A DNA stretch of 64,000 nt, from contig NC_086109.1 in assembly GCF_963921235.1 (NCBI RefSeq), positions 23,376,001-23,440,000 of the forward strand. The letters are read 5' to 3'. Shown one piece after another: positions 38,641 to 51,483 of this stretch (position 1 is its first letter; every line of letters starts with the position of its first letter). A program made the position numbers and the translations under genes. Below the pieces are notes generated by a model that worked only from the letters and a program-made list of their open reading frames with translations, made no database searches and was not told the origin of the DNA. The DNA comes from Mobula hypostoma (lineage: Eukaryota).

Positions 38641-39467
38641 TGCATTGTCTCTTATCCTGGTTGAACTTCAGTCAAACCTACCACAAATGACATGAAGAGT
38701 GACAGGCTGGAATGACAATGGGGGAATAAAAAAACCCTCCTATAATGTTGCTTGCATTGCAACTACACCACAGTTACTATGGCACCATGTAAGTATAAAA
38801 TTATAATTTGGTTACCCCTCTAGTGTGGGGTATAAACTCACAACCTTCTGAATCAAAAGCAAGAGACCTAATCAAGGAGATACGGGTGATGTGGAACTAT
38901 ATTAGAGAGGGAGTCAGGCTGTGAACTCATCCAGCTGCTGTGCATTTTTGCCCCGCTGGTGTGATGAACTGGGACTGAGGCTTGGGCCTACTCAGGCTGC
39001 TGTGGGAGCAGATCTGGGACTCAGTCTGGTTCGGTATGTTGTTTGGCTTGCTTCTATTGTTTGCATGATGTGCATTTTTTTCTTTCTCTCTTTCTCTGTG
39101 CAGTGGTTTTTGGTTTTTCTTTTTTTTAAATTGGGTTGTTCCGCTTTCTTGCTTTGTGGCTGCCTGTAAGCAGACAAATCTCAAGGTGTATAATTTATAT
39201 ATTAATTGATAATAAATATGCTTTGAAGTGCAAATGACAGTCAAGGTGCAATCCCTTGCACCTTGTCCTCAGTGAGTTATACTGGTGCCACTCTTGAGTT
39301 CTGCTGATCAGTGATTTGTAATTTGAGAACAGAAAGTAAATTGATTGATGAGTGGAGGAAATGTCAGCGGTAGGTTTTTAACTGTGAGAGTGGTAGGCAC
39401 CTGCAATGCACTACTGAGCATATTGGTAGAGGCTGCTTCATTACGGACATTTAAGTGTCTCTTAGAT

Positions 39468-41975
39468 AGATACTTTATTGATCCCAAAGGAAATTACAGT
39501 GTCACAGTAGCATTACAAGTGCACAGATATACAAATATACAAATATTAGAAGAGAAGTAAGAAAAAAAATAAGTTACCTCAAACAGTCTAACAGGAGGGG
39601 GTCATCACTTCCCCGGCTACAGGTTGAACCATTATAGAGCCTAATGGCTGAGCGTAAGAATGACCCGATATAGTGTTCTTTGGAGCAGCGCAGTTGTCTT
39701 AGTCTATTACTAAAATTGTTCTTCTGTTCAGCAAGGCGGCTTGCAGAGGGTGAGAAACGTTGTCCAGAATTGCCAGGATTTTCTGTAGTGTCCTTTGTTC
39801 TACCATGGCCTCCAATGTGTCCAGTTTGACTCCTATAACAGAGCCAGCCTATCTAGTTAGTTTAGTGCGGCGGTCCCCAGCCACCGGGCCGCGGACCGCT
39901 ATCGGTCTGCAGCGAAATGATATGATTTGGCGATGGGAGTCAGCTGCACCTTTCCTCATTCCCTGTCATGCTCACTATTGAGCTTGAACGCACGCGAGGT
40001 CATTACGCATGCTTCATCCGTGTCAGCACAGGAAGGAGATCAACTCCTCGAGCTTGCAAGTGACGGCAGGCTGAAAAGTATGTTTGACATAACATTTCTA
40101 CCGGCAGTCTGGATCAAAGTCAAGGCTAAATATCCTGAGATAGCCACGAAAGCACTGAAAACGTTGCTTCCATTTCCAACATTTTTTGCGAAGTAGAGTT
40201 TTCTGCAATGAATGCAACGAAAACTAAATTGCGGAATAGACTGGACATAAGGAACCCCCTTCGAGTATCGCTGTCTCCCATCACCCCTCGATGGGACCGT
40301 GTTGTTGCAGGAAAACATGCCCAGGGCTCCCACTGATTCAGCGATATTGGTGCATTGCAATGATTTTATATGTTTATACGGGGAAAATATGTGCTGTGTG
40401 TTTAATATCCAAACATTACTTAAAATATTATGATGCTATTGACTTACTTATATAACCATATAACAATTACAGCATGGAAACAGGCGATCTCGGCCCTTCT
40501 AGTCCATGCCGAACGCTACTCTCACCTAATCCCACCGACCTGCACTCAGCTGATAACCTCCATTCCTTTCCTGTCCCTATACCTATCCAATTTTTCTTTA
40601 AATGATAATATCGAACCTGCTTCTGCCACTTCTACTGGAAGTTCGTTCAACACTTACTTCAAGCTCCCCTGTCCTCCCCTGATAATTGACTTATCACTAT
40701 ATTCATGCGAGGAAAATATGCGCTGTGTGTTTAATATTAAATTCTTTAGATAAACCCCTTTAGAAACGAAACTGAGTGTATTAGCCACTTATCACCTATA
40801 TTCCAGTCGTGATTAACACCCCCCACCCCCCCGAACAGAATCGCCAAAAACGATTTGCTGGAAAAAAATTGGCACGCACACGCATGCGCACTGGTACCCG
40901 CGCAAGGATTCATGGTCATTGTAGTCTTTCTCTGGGTAAACACAACATACGTATTTGACTGCTACTCTTGTCCCTTGGCAACCCTACCTCCCCGGGTCGG
41001 CCGGTCCGCAAGAATATTATCAATATTAAACCGGTCCGCAGTGCAAAAAAGGTTGGGGACCCCTGGTTTAGTGAGTCTGTTGGTATCACTCGTGTTGATG
41101 CCATTGCCCCAGCACACCACCGTATAGAAGATTGTATTGGTGACAAAAGACTAGTTGAACATGTGAAGGAGAGGCCTGCATATCCCAAAGGACCTCAGTC
41201 TTCTCAGGAAGTCGAGGCGAAGCTGGCATACTTGTACACAGCCTTGTGTTGGTGCTCCACTCAAGTCTATCATCCAGGTGCACCCCCAGGTACACGTAGG
41301 TCCTCACCACATCCACGTCCTCACCATCGATAGTGACAGGGAACAGTGCAGGCTTAGTCCTCCTAAAGTCCATCACAATCTCCTTTGTCTTACTGATGGT
41401 GAGCTGCAGATGATTCAAGACTCAGTGTTATAGCTAAAGTCCGAGGTATACAGAGTAAACAGGAAGGGAGCCATACAGTCTCCTGTGGGGCTCCCGTGCT
41501 GCTTATAGCCATGTCTGACATACAGCTCTGAAGCTGCTCATACTGTGGTCTGCCAGTCAGGTAGTGCATTATCCAGGATACAATGGAAGTGCCAACCTGC
41601 ATTGAATGGAGCCTTCCTTTCATCAATGAGGGCTGTACGGTATTGAAGGCACTTGAAAAATCAAAAACACATGATCCTCACAGTACTTCCCTACTTATCC
41701 AGATGGGAGTAGGCTCTGTTCAGTGGGTAGGTAACAGCATCGTCGATTCCAGTGTGCTCCTGTTTGCAGGGGATCAAGGGCTGATCTGTCCAGGGGTTGG
41801 AGATGGTCCAGGTCCAGCCTCTCTGGGGTCTTCATGATGTGTAAAGTCAGGGACACTGGACGGTAGTCATGTAAGACTCTTGGTTGGTCCTTCTTGGGTA
41901 CTAGAACCACACATGATGTTTTGCACACAGTCAAGACCTTTTCCAGGCTGAGACTCAGATTGAAAATGCGCTGGA
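39468..41975 (-). mobile_element. Rex-Babar/L2 LINE relic split by a hAT element
   Basis: Minus frames VPKK..DYRPVSLT..IMK, WIMHYLTGRPQ..GAPQ, NHLQLTISKTKEIVMDFRR..YLGVHLDDRLEW. Confidence 0.8.
39868..41065 (+). mobile_element. Non-autonomous hAT Buster/Charlie element with perfect 8-bp TSD
   Basis: gtttagtg at 39860-39867 and 41066-41073; TIRs cggcggtcccca / tggggacccctg; transposase C-terminus (WIKVKAKYPEIATKALKTLLPFPT..TKLRNRLD..AQGSH*). Confidence 0.9.
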
Positions 41976-42878
41976 GATAAGGACGTAAGAAAATTAGGAA
42001 GTGACGGATGGTGTAGCAGAGAAGAGTTATAGTGATTGTAGCGTCAAAGAGCCTGTACAGTGTAGTGCTGTTCTCTGTTCTAGTGACATGCATGGATTTG
42101 TGTTTCTGGGTCGATGAAGTATTAATTAAGAAGTGACAGGAATAGGTAAACATGTAGGAGGCTATTTCCCAATGGAGTTCCCAGGGCTGGAACTGGGACT
42201 GCACCAGTCATTCTCATCTCAGCACTTGTTTTTGACAAGGCTACAATCCGTTGATGAATATATTTAATATTTGCTTTTTAAAGCTTTCACCTATTCTGCG
42301 AGGTCATAAGCTTTGACATTGTTTTGTTGGATAATACTTCAAAGAAAGCTATCCTAATGTGCTTTTGCAATGTTATAAAAAAAAATCTTCACAGAAATGT
42401 GTTTACTGCCTTGGTATAAAGTTCCACCTTTTGTATTCTAGAACTAGTCCTCAACAAGCTGTGTCTGTGGGACTTGATTGTTCCAGTTTGGCACAGCCGC
42501 CGCAGATTTCCAGGAAGTTGCTGCGTGTTAGGATTTTCAAAACTTAACATGCTGTAAATGTGACCAGACAGATAAAGAAAGGGAGAAAATATGGAACAGG
42601 GAAGTCGTTTTGACAGAATGAATGTCTGGCTATTGTGAAGGAGCATCCTGTGACAGTGATTCAACACACAGAACTAGAGCAGAGCAACAGATTATTTAGG
42701 AACAAGAAAAATTTGTTAATTCCATCAAATCTATTCCCATGGTTTTTAAAAAAATATTAATTGCAACCTACCTTAGCCTTCCTTCTCACTGTATTCTTAA
42801 TCCCAATGTCTTTATCCTTCACATCCATATTCACACAATGACATGATGTCTTTCACATCCATCGAATATTCTTTAAAT

Positions 42879-42958
42879 CAGGGGTTCTTACCCTGGGGTC
42901 CACAGACCCCTTGCTTAAAGGTATTTGTCCATGGCATAAAAAATGTTGGGAACCCCTG
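42879..42958. mobile_element. 80-bp hAT/Charlie-type MITE
   Basis: TIRs caggggttc / gaacccctg; flanks ctttaaat / ccctaaat (6 of 8 match, central TA). Confidence 0.7.
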
Positions 42959-43245
42959 CCCTAAATGGATTCTCTGGAATTCTCTTTTCTAAATAACACA
43001 GGTTAGGTTTTCTGGGTTCACTAAATGAGTTTCAATATCTGATTGCTGGGATCAGCTGTAACATTTGCCTTTGATCTCTTCATCTTCTCCCACTGACCTG
43101 GGCTTGAGAGTTTTGCTACTGACGAGCATTAATTGGAAACCTTTGCTAATTAACCCACTGAGTGACTAACTCTGGTAACTTGCTGGTGGGCAAAGTAGAA
43201 TAGGAGAAAGTGGGCAAAGTGGAGAGAGAAATGCTTTTACTTGTA

Positions 43246-43580
43246 CCCTCAGTGGCCACTTTTTTAGGTACACCTGCTCATTTGTGCAAATATCTAATCA
43301 GCCAATCATGTGGCAGCATCTCAATGCATAAAAGCAGTATGACGTGGTCAAGAGGTTCAGTTGTTTTTCAGATCAGACATCAGAATGGGGGAAGAAATTT
43401 GACCTAAGTGATCGTGATAGCTGGTGCCAGACAGGGTGGTTTGAATATCTCAATAACTACCAACTTCCTGGGATTTTCATGCACAACTGTCTCTAGAGTT
43501 TACAGCAAATGGTATGAAAAACAATTACCAACCAATGATTGGCAGTACTGTGGGTGAAAACACCTTGTTAATGGGAGTCA
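43246..43580 (+). mobile_element. Tc1 5' fragment (same family as 5261)
   Basis: ctcagtggccactttttta..gcaaatatctaatcagccaatcatgtggcagc..gtctctagagtttaca; a third copy at ~63375-63475. Confidence 0.8.
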
Positions 43581-44172
43581 ATGCCCTTTGCTGTCCCGAT
43601 GATATTGTGAGAGCAGAAGGATTATGTGACAGGTTGCTACTTCTGTCTGACCAGTGTGTCTGGTTTCTCTGCTAAAAACAAGAAATCCATTGAATACTTT
43701 AATCTCCCTTCAGCCCTGAGGTGTGTGCCACATGACAAAGCCGCCAGAGACATGGAATATAGCGGAGGTAGACAAAGATGCCATGATGTATGAGCCAGGA
43801 ATGAAAAATGACCCTGATGTTAATACAAATTTTGAACAGGACATTGCTGACTTGGAGAAACGGTATCAGGAGAACTGGAATCCATCAATACTGGCTGATG
43901 ATTGTTGGATATTTAAGCGAGAAGACCCAGACACTGAGTACAAATGAAAATTATCAACCATTTTTTTAGCATAGTTGAACTATTGCAAATCATCAGCACT
44001 GTTAGGCAATTAAATGCATTATATACATTAAGGGTTAATTCCTTGTTTCTCCAAATTCTTACGTGATACAAGCAGTCTGAAATTATATTTGTGTTCAGCT
44101 TTAAGCTGTCTGTCATAACCACAAAAAGCTTCTGAGCAAGCAATATATTAAAAAAAAATTGGCTGTCTAGTG
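43580..44172 (+). mobile_element. Internally deleted Chapaev3-like (CMC) DNA transposon
   Basis: MPFAVPMI..CYFCLT..IEYFNLPSALRCVPH, then QDIADLEKRYQENWNPSILADDCW; ends ..tgtctagtg. Confidence 0.65.
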
Positions 44173-44284
44173 TTTCCTTTCTCCCAGAAATGCTGTTATT
44201 TTATTTCAGATGTTCTTCAGCTGTGGTATTTTGCTTTCATTCTAATTGGGCAGAAAAAAATTCACAAAAGTTCGCAGAGGGGAA

Positions 44285-44617
44285 CTTGACGTGGATAGGC
44301 TTTTTCCATTGAGAGTGGGGGAGATTCAAACAAGAGGACACGAGTTGAGAGTTAAAGGGCAAAAGTTTAGGAGTAACATGAGGGGGAAGTTCTTTACTCA
44401 GAGAGTAGCTGTGTGGAACGAGCTTCCAGCAGAAGTGGTTGAGGCAGGTTTTATGTTGTCATTTAAAGTTAAATTGGATAGCTATATGGACAGGAAAGGA
44501 ATGGAGGGTTATGGGCTAAGTGCAGGTCGGTGGGACTAGGTGAGAGTAAGAGTTCGGCACGGACTAAAAGGGCCGAGATGGCCTGTTTCCGTGCTGTAAT
44601 TGTTATATGGTTATATA
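44285..44617 (+). mobile_element. Young CR1 3' end
   Basis: DVDRLFPL..TRGHELRVKG..FFTQRV..WNELP; tail gtgctgtaattgttatatggttatat. Confidence 0.85.
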
Positions 44618-44929
44618 CGGGATCTTAGGGTTGTGAGAACCCGGCAGCTGAAGAAAAGACAATTGGAAAGAGGCTAAAGTAGATGATTTGACACAGTTGC
44701 ATGACTGGAAAAGAATTCAGATGCAGGGACATGTGAGGTAATTTTAACTCAAGGATCGTTTTCAGTTGAGTCTCTGCTGGACTACGTGCAAGGGTGAACA
44801 AATAAATATAGGAGTGATGGGTGAATACGTCTTGGGATAACTCAGACTTTGTTATGGGTTTCAGTTTTTTCAGACTGTACAGTGTATCAAAAAGAAGCCA
44901 CTGTGAGCACCTCCTGACCAGCACATTAA

Positions 44930-45182
44930 ATGCAACACACACACACTGCTTAAGGAACTCAGCAAGTCAAGCGGCATCTGTGGAGGGGAATGAATGGTCA
45001 ATATTTGGGCCGATACCCTTCACCAGAACTGGAAACTAGAAAGATTCCAGTCCTGATGACGGGTCTTAGTCTAAACTGTTGACAATTTATTGCTTCCATA
45101 CATACTGTCTGGCTTGCTGAGTTCCTCCAGCTCTTTGTGGGTGTGGCTCAAGATTTCCAACATCTGCAGAATCTCTTGTGTT
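44930..45182. mobile_element. Inverted pair of Penelope pLTR fragments
   Basis: Minus copy 44930-45035, plus copy 45045-45182. Confidence 0.75.
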
Positions 45183-45837
45183 CATGATTTGCAGCTCATG
45201 AATTTTTTATTTTCAGCATTCCTCTCTTCTGATTTTTGGTCTGATACTTTGGCTAATTATGACTCTTGTTCCACACATAATCTCAAATCAACTAATTAGA
45301 CACTGTGACTTCTCCAGTAAGTGTATAATGGGAGAGGCATTGTGTGGATAGTAAACAAAAATCAATGGGAGGAATGAGCTGAGTGAATGATTAATGATTA
45401 GATTTTGATCTTTAGTGCAGAAGAGAAGTGGGGAGATACTCTTGTATTATAGGATCCTTGGAACTTCATGCAGAGATTGCAGAAATGTTGACTATCATTA
45501 GAGGAGACAAGGAAGCGTTTATGTTCTGTAATTAATAGCCCAGCTGCTATCTGGATAAGTTTTGTGATGTACAATGGGAGTTTGTTGAACTATTGGAGGG
45601 TAAAAACATTGGCAAAGAATTCTAAAAAAGGATGTCACAGGGTTGAGTAATAACAGACACAGACGGGCTCCTATTAATATTCTTTTGCTCAGAATATTTA
45701 TCTAAACCAAGCAATCTGAATGCTTCTCTATGGTAAATACATCCGAGAATAGAAGGTTTAAAGTGGTATTCTGAGGAGGGATTTTTCACCCAGAGGGTAG
45801 TTCAAATCTGGTGCCATGTGTATAAAACATAGATTGC

Positions 45838-46080
45838 CCCCAGAGATGGAGACAGAGAGATCGAGAAAGGGGATGGAGGTGTTGGAAGTGGACCAAGTAA
45901 ATCTGAGGGCAGGGTGGAAGTTGGAGGCAAAGTTGGTGAAGTCGACAAGTTTATCATGGGTGCAGGAAGCAGCACCAATGCAGTCGTTGGTGTAACATTG
46001 GAAGAGTCTGGGAGTGGTACCAGCGTAGGCTTGGAACATGGACTGTTCCATGTGGCTGACAAAAAGGCAGGCATAGCTTG
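45838..46080 (-). mobile_element. Isolated Penelope RT fragment within a CR1 relic
   Basis: EQSMFQAY..DCIGAASCTH..FHPALRFTWS..PFLDLSVS matches 36630-36840. Confidence 0.8.
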
Positions 46081-47627
46081 TAATTTAAATCTGTAAACTG
46101 CTGCTTGAAAGGTGGTGGAAAAAAGCATTTGCCACATTTAAAAAATAAAAGGCCTGGCTGAACACTTGAATTGACAGGATTTGGTAGTCCATGGAACAAG
46201 TGCTGGAGAGTGAGATTAGTGTTAATAGGTATTTGATAGCCAGCATAAACATGATGGGATGAAGAGCCTGTTTCCATGATATATGACTCTATAATGGAGA
46301 TTAATAGGTTCTTGATTAATAAAGGTGTCAAAGGTTATAGGGTGCAGGCAGGAGAAGGGGATTGAGAGGGAAACTAAATCAACCATGATTGAGTACCAGA
46401 GCAGACTTGATGGGCCAAATGGCCTACTTCTGCTGCTATGTCTTATGGTAACAAAAGGCAGCTGTTGTATAAATTGCGTTTGAATTAGTAGCTGTTCTTG
46501 AAGTTGCTGGTATGGGACTTCAGACTCCTGCATGTTCTGCCTGGTGGTAGCTTCAAGGAGATCAGAGTCAGAATCACTTTATTGGCAGTGTGTGTGAAAC
46601 ATGCCAGAATCGATTGTGGTTTGGTGCCAAGCATAAAACACAGGACAATACCATGACAGACAACACAATAGTGACTAAACATTTACATGACAATAGTGCA
46701 AACGGCCATGGAGCAATCAACAATTAGCAAATTGTCACCTGCGCAAATGTCAATAATCAAATAAATGTGAACATGTGAACAAACTAAATAATAGTCAACG
46801 GAATGAGGAGAGCAGGAAAGACTTAATGGATGTTGTGCAGGGACAAAGTTTTACGTCTGAGTGTATGGACGTGTATGAATGGTAAGAGGTCTTTGATATG
46901 TTGGAGAACATATCATAAAACATTAAAATTAATCTATTTCTAATATAAGCTATTGAAGGACTACTTCTAACCAAGGTTGCAAGGTCACCAAACGTTATCA
47001 GTGCTCAGTTTTTAAATGTAGGGTAAAGTTAAGAATGAGTTGTGTTATCTTGAGGGTGAGTGACTTTCTCTAGGCCCAGCCCATGGCCACAGATCAACCG
47101 ACTGGTGTCTTGGTTTCAGGTGGACCAGCCTAATGTATGACAGCCATCCGAACATGTACTTAAATTTAAATATTGTCTGTAAATACTTGCTGTGTTTCAT
47201 TTATGAAAAAGTACTTTCCTGATAATTGGCTGTTGTTTATTTTACATTCAGTGGAATTTCCACCAGAGTGCAGTGTTTTATATTTATCAGCATAACTTGA
47301 CAGAAATTGGTCAAATGATTGCCAAAAACTGGGGATTTTCAAAAGCCCATGGTATGTAGAAAATACACAAAATTTACGATTTTAATAATAAATATTTTAT
47401 AGTCTTGGTTTTAGTCTCTGCTACTGATTCAAAAATCATAGCAAGTATCCATTTACTGAAATACCCACTTGTGAGTGACAGTGATGGAGATTTTTTTAAA
47501 GCTTTAAATATGCAAATGAACACATTTTGGAAGCTTTGACTTTTCTATATTTTAATAATGTGACCATATTCGTCATTATAGTTAGTAAATGGTTAAGCAT
47601 GTTTCTTAAAGATATTTTTGTTGTTGT

Positions 47628-47820
47628 TCTTCACTTGCATACCTCATGGAGCATCGGATGGCATTTATGCCATTTCCATAGCATTTGACTTTTTTTAATG
47701 AGGCTGAGTTGCTAGCTTGACGCTCAGCCCAACATGGATTGAAAATGTGTAAGGAGCCAGCTGGATTTGAACTCAGGACCATTCACTTCAAAGTCCGGCG
47801 CTGATGCCGCTACACCACTG
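47628..47820 (-). mobile_element. tRNA-derived SINE
   Basis: Minus head agtggtgtagcggcatcagcgccggacttt..gagttcaaatcc with A/B boxes; no complete cloverleaf. Confidence 0.6.
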
Positions 47821-48299
47821 AATTAAGGACATCTTTAGTTAGAAGCTATTATCTATCACTCAATGAGACATTTCGACACAAAAGTTTCCACTTTTATCTA
47901 AATGATCGAATTTGAAAGCACAGACTGACTGCAGTGGCTCATGGCAGATTTGCATTTGGCATTTTACAAATACAGTAACTAGAACAGAACTGAGAACAAA
48001 ATAAAAATTTCGCAATCTAGTGCAATCCTGAGTGCATTTCGCAACAGATTCCCAGATTGGGCACAATGCAAACACCCTTGGCCTTTTACATGTTGATTAG
48101 ATCTTTTCACATCTGATGAGTGCTCACAGGTTCGGGCTCTTGGTTATGAGGTTAATGCATGGAATAATAATATTTTGGGTTAATTATTTTGCCTCTTGTT
48201 CCTCCAACTGAGATTATGTTTGATCCAGGAATAAAATTGGCCAAAACTATTTATTATTACAAAGTTGCCTGCAGGTAAATAGTGGCCATTTAGTTAAGG

Positions 48300-48550
48300 T
48301 AGAGCATCTCCAGGAGAGTTGCACCTTCTTGAACTGTCCTCCTGGGGAGAGGTACCCCTCTGGAACCGTCTCCCCTGGGACAGGTGCATCCTCTGGAATG
48401 GTCCCTCTGGACAGCCACGCCCACTGGAACCACTGGAACCAGCCCCTGGGGAGGAGTGTGCCCCGTAGAGTTGTCTCCTCAGGGAGGGGTGCATCCTCTG
48501 GAATGGTCCCTCTGGACAGCCACACCCCCACTGGAACTATCCCCTGGGAG
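48300..48550. repeat. GC-rich degenerate minisatellite
   Basis: ggtgcatcctctggaatggtccctctggacagccac exact at 48383 and 48488; recurring ctggaac..ccctggg subunits. Confidence 0.8.
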
Positions 48551-49460
48551 AAAACACAGCATTTGGAACTTTTAATTCTTTCTTCGCCCCCCCCCCCCCA
48601 CTATAGTGGAAGTGACTGGTGGTTATGAGTACGTTATCCCTCAGAACCGTGTCTGCACTGTTTTTTGTTATATCGCCTCCTCTGACTTTGGGCCAGGTGG
48701 ATAGCTGCTGTGTGTACCTAAGTAGGTGGCAACGATGCCTTACTCTGTGCCATCTCCTGCCACTATTTGTGAGGGCAGAGCACAGTGTTACGCACCACTG
48801 TGAGCGGACGGCTAGAACAGGTTTGCTCCATTGTCCTCACTGCATTGCACAAATAGCTGCAGATGTGGACTCATCAAGGAAGCCTTCAGAGAACAGCAAA
48901 GAGTGTCATTCAGATGCTGACTGCAATGACTGCTGCTTTGTGTGAAAGCATTTCCAGTTAAAGTGCGTCAGCCTGACACTCCCACTAACTTCCCGCTATT
49001 CTATTCACTCACAGCCCCTCACTTTTGGATAACTTTTGAATTATCTTGGAGTCTCTCCAGTACTTGTGGGAAAATGAAATCAAAGGGGCACTGGTTGATA
49101 CAGTGTGTCAAAAGTAATGGGTAATATTTTCCAGCTCCCAGGCCTAATAAACCAGTGAGAAGCCTTGCAATGGGTGCTGCTCTTCATGTTTAATTTCCTT
49201 TCTGTTCCTTCCCGTCCTTTCTGTGCCTGCTGAGATAAGCAATTCAACCATATGAGACATCACGGTCAGGCATGATCCAATATTCATATTAAACAGTCTT
49301 CTAACAACTTAACTTCCTTGTATTCATTTATCTTTCTCTTTTTATCTGCATGTGTCTTTCCTACTTTCCCATCTCTATATTTTCTTGCGTCTTTCATTCT
49401 TGTTCCTTTCCTACCACCACTCCTTATTCCCACCTACGTCTGACTTTCCTCTCGTATCTT

Positions 49461-49618
49461 GAGCAACACTCACAACGTTTCGGGCCGGAACCTGACGAAG
49501 GGTTTCGGCCCAAAACATTGATTGATCGTTTCCACGGATGCTGCCCGACCTGCTGAGTTCCTCCAGCGTGTTGTGAGTGTTGCTTTGACCCCGGCATCTG
49601 CAGATTATTTTGTGTCTA
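49461..49618 (+). mobile_element. 158-bp Penelope pLTR composite with 13-bp TSD
   Basis: cctctcgtatctt at 49448-49460 and 49619-49631; short inverted 5' piece, ctgacgaagggtttcggccc core, 3' extension. Confidence 0.8.
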
Positions 49619-50205
49619 CCTCTCGTATCTTCCTTGCTAACTTACCCTTTCGTTTGCCTTGTTTCATGATACAAGCTACTGCAAATGACGGAACCTGGAG
49701 CACAAAGCAGAGTGCTGAAAGAACGCAGCGGGTCGGGCAGCATCTGTGGAGGGAAGTGGACCGTTGACATTTTGGGTTGTGACTCTTCACTCGACTGACC
49801 ATTTCCCTCTACAGAAGCTGCCCAACCAGCTGAGTTCTTCCATCAGTTTGTTTATTGCTGTATGTGTTTGGTGTTTATGTTTTCAGTCTGTATTTTTCTC
49901 CTTTTCTTTTTTTAATTATACTTTTAGACACACTCTTAGTGCACTGGATTATTATTTTATATCTCTGTTTTCACTAGTGAATTAGTCTGGTGAATCTTCA
50001 CTGCGTTCCCCCTATTTAAAGTACAGTGAACTCCTGATAACTAGGACAGGTTGGGATCAGTATATTTTGACCCAATTAAGCAGTTGCCCCAATTAGCCAA
50101 GTTAAAAAGGCATAAAAAAGGCAAACTATTGTTTAACTGACTAACAAATTATGTATTTAAATGAAATATAAATCAAATTAAAACACTATCAAAACTACCA
50201 TACTA

Positions 50206-51483
50206 TCTATATACTACTAAAACTCTCATGCTCTGTCTGTCTGTTTGTCTGTTTGTGACCTTCAGTTAGTGCAAACGGTGCATTACTGTGGCACTTTTTT
50301 TGGCTCAATCCAATTAAAATGCACTAACTTACAGAATGCAGGCAAAGTTCCGGGTTATATATTAGTATAAAATTGCTCATTCGCCAAAAATCAACAGGCT
50401 CGCTTTCACTCGAAACCCGATCAGCCATCATGGAAATCGGGATGCGGCAGCCTGACGCATGCGCATGGCCAGCCTCTGAAGTGACTCACGATGCTCACAG
50501 CAGCGACACCAACCGGAGCAAAAGGGCAGGGCAGCTCTATTTCGAGTGGTCACATTCTGCTAATCACCATCAGCACGTGCAGGATTGGGACAGGTCAAAC
50601 CGAGACCCATCAATAAGAGATAATTATATCTTATTGTAATGACGTATTTTGAGACACCCATAAAACCCTTTGCTGCAGTCAAAGGACAGCGATGACTATA
50701 TCACATCCACTCAGGAGAGCGCCAACCACATCATCAAGAATAATCAGCATCCTGGAGGCTTTGGTGTTACCGCTTCATATCTTCTATCTAGCATTAGGGT
50801 AAAAAAAAATGGTCAACCTAATTAAGCCGCTTGGAAAAAGAAGGGGGACAATATGGTCAAGAGATGACGCCAAGCGATGTCAGGAAGCGGCAAGGAGAGG
50901 GAGAGAACAAGAATCAGATGAGACCAGGGCCGCACAACTCCACGATCAAAGAGTCAGGACAAAAAAGATGTGAGAAGAGACAGACGAGGAGAGGCATGCA
51001 CGTCTTCAAAATGACAACAACTGGTGTAGAAGGAGGAGAGAGGAAGAGACAAAGGAGCTGAGAAGTGCATCTTTCCAGGATCAGAGACAAACAACAAACA
51101 GCAGAAGAGATGAAGAGACGGGGGATGGAAGAGCTGCACATCTCCAGAATGACAAAAACAGGCACAGAAGGAGGAGAGAGGAAGAGACAAAGGAGCAGAG
51201 AAATGCACGTCTCCAAGATCAGAGGCAAAGAGTAAACAGCAGAAAAGATGAAGAGATGGCGGATGAAAGGACTGCCATCAAAAGTGTCCTTCGTTAAACG
51301 AGGAGGAGCGATATTTGCCTTGCTACGTGTCGTTCTTCTTTAATAAACTGAGGTTTTCTTCTTCAATTTCCAAAGCAAAGTGATACCAATAGCGTTCAGG
51401 AAAATTTAATATTCATTCTGGTCACATCAGACTGCACTACACTTCTCTCAAAGGGTGCCCCAGCGGGTCACCCCGTTGTCTAG
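50206..51483 (+). mobile_element. Non-autonomous Helitron
   Basis: A|TCTATATACTACTAAAA 5' end, (tctg)n, subterminal hairpin gggtg-ccc-cagc-ggg-t-caccc (51453-51473), CTAG|T 3' end; A/T insertion site without TSD. Confidence 0.85.
50911..51276 (+). pseudogene. STPR-type 23-aa repeat coding relic inside Helitron
   Basis: Manual translation from 50977: ETDEERHARLQNDNNWCRRRREE / ETKELRSASFQDQRQTTNSRRDE / ETGDGRAAHLQNDKNRHRRRREE / ETKEQRNARLQDQRQRVNSRKDE / EMADERTA; an earlier 22-codon unit at 50911 has a TGA at 50971. Confidence 0.75.

Noticed and set aside
47740..47820. tRNA gene
   Set aside because: A/B boxes only; continues into a SINE body with no full cloverleaf.
48715..48765. CTCF-like motifs (agtaggtggca; gccatctcctgcc)
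   Set aside because: Only partial matches; not supportable without PWM scoring or ChIP data.
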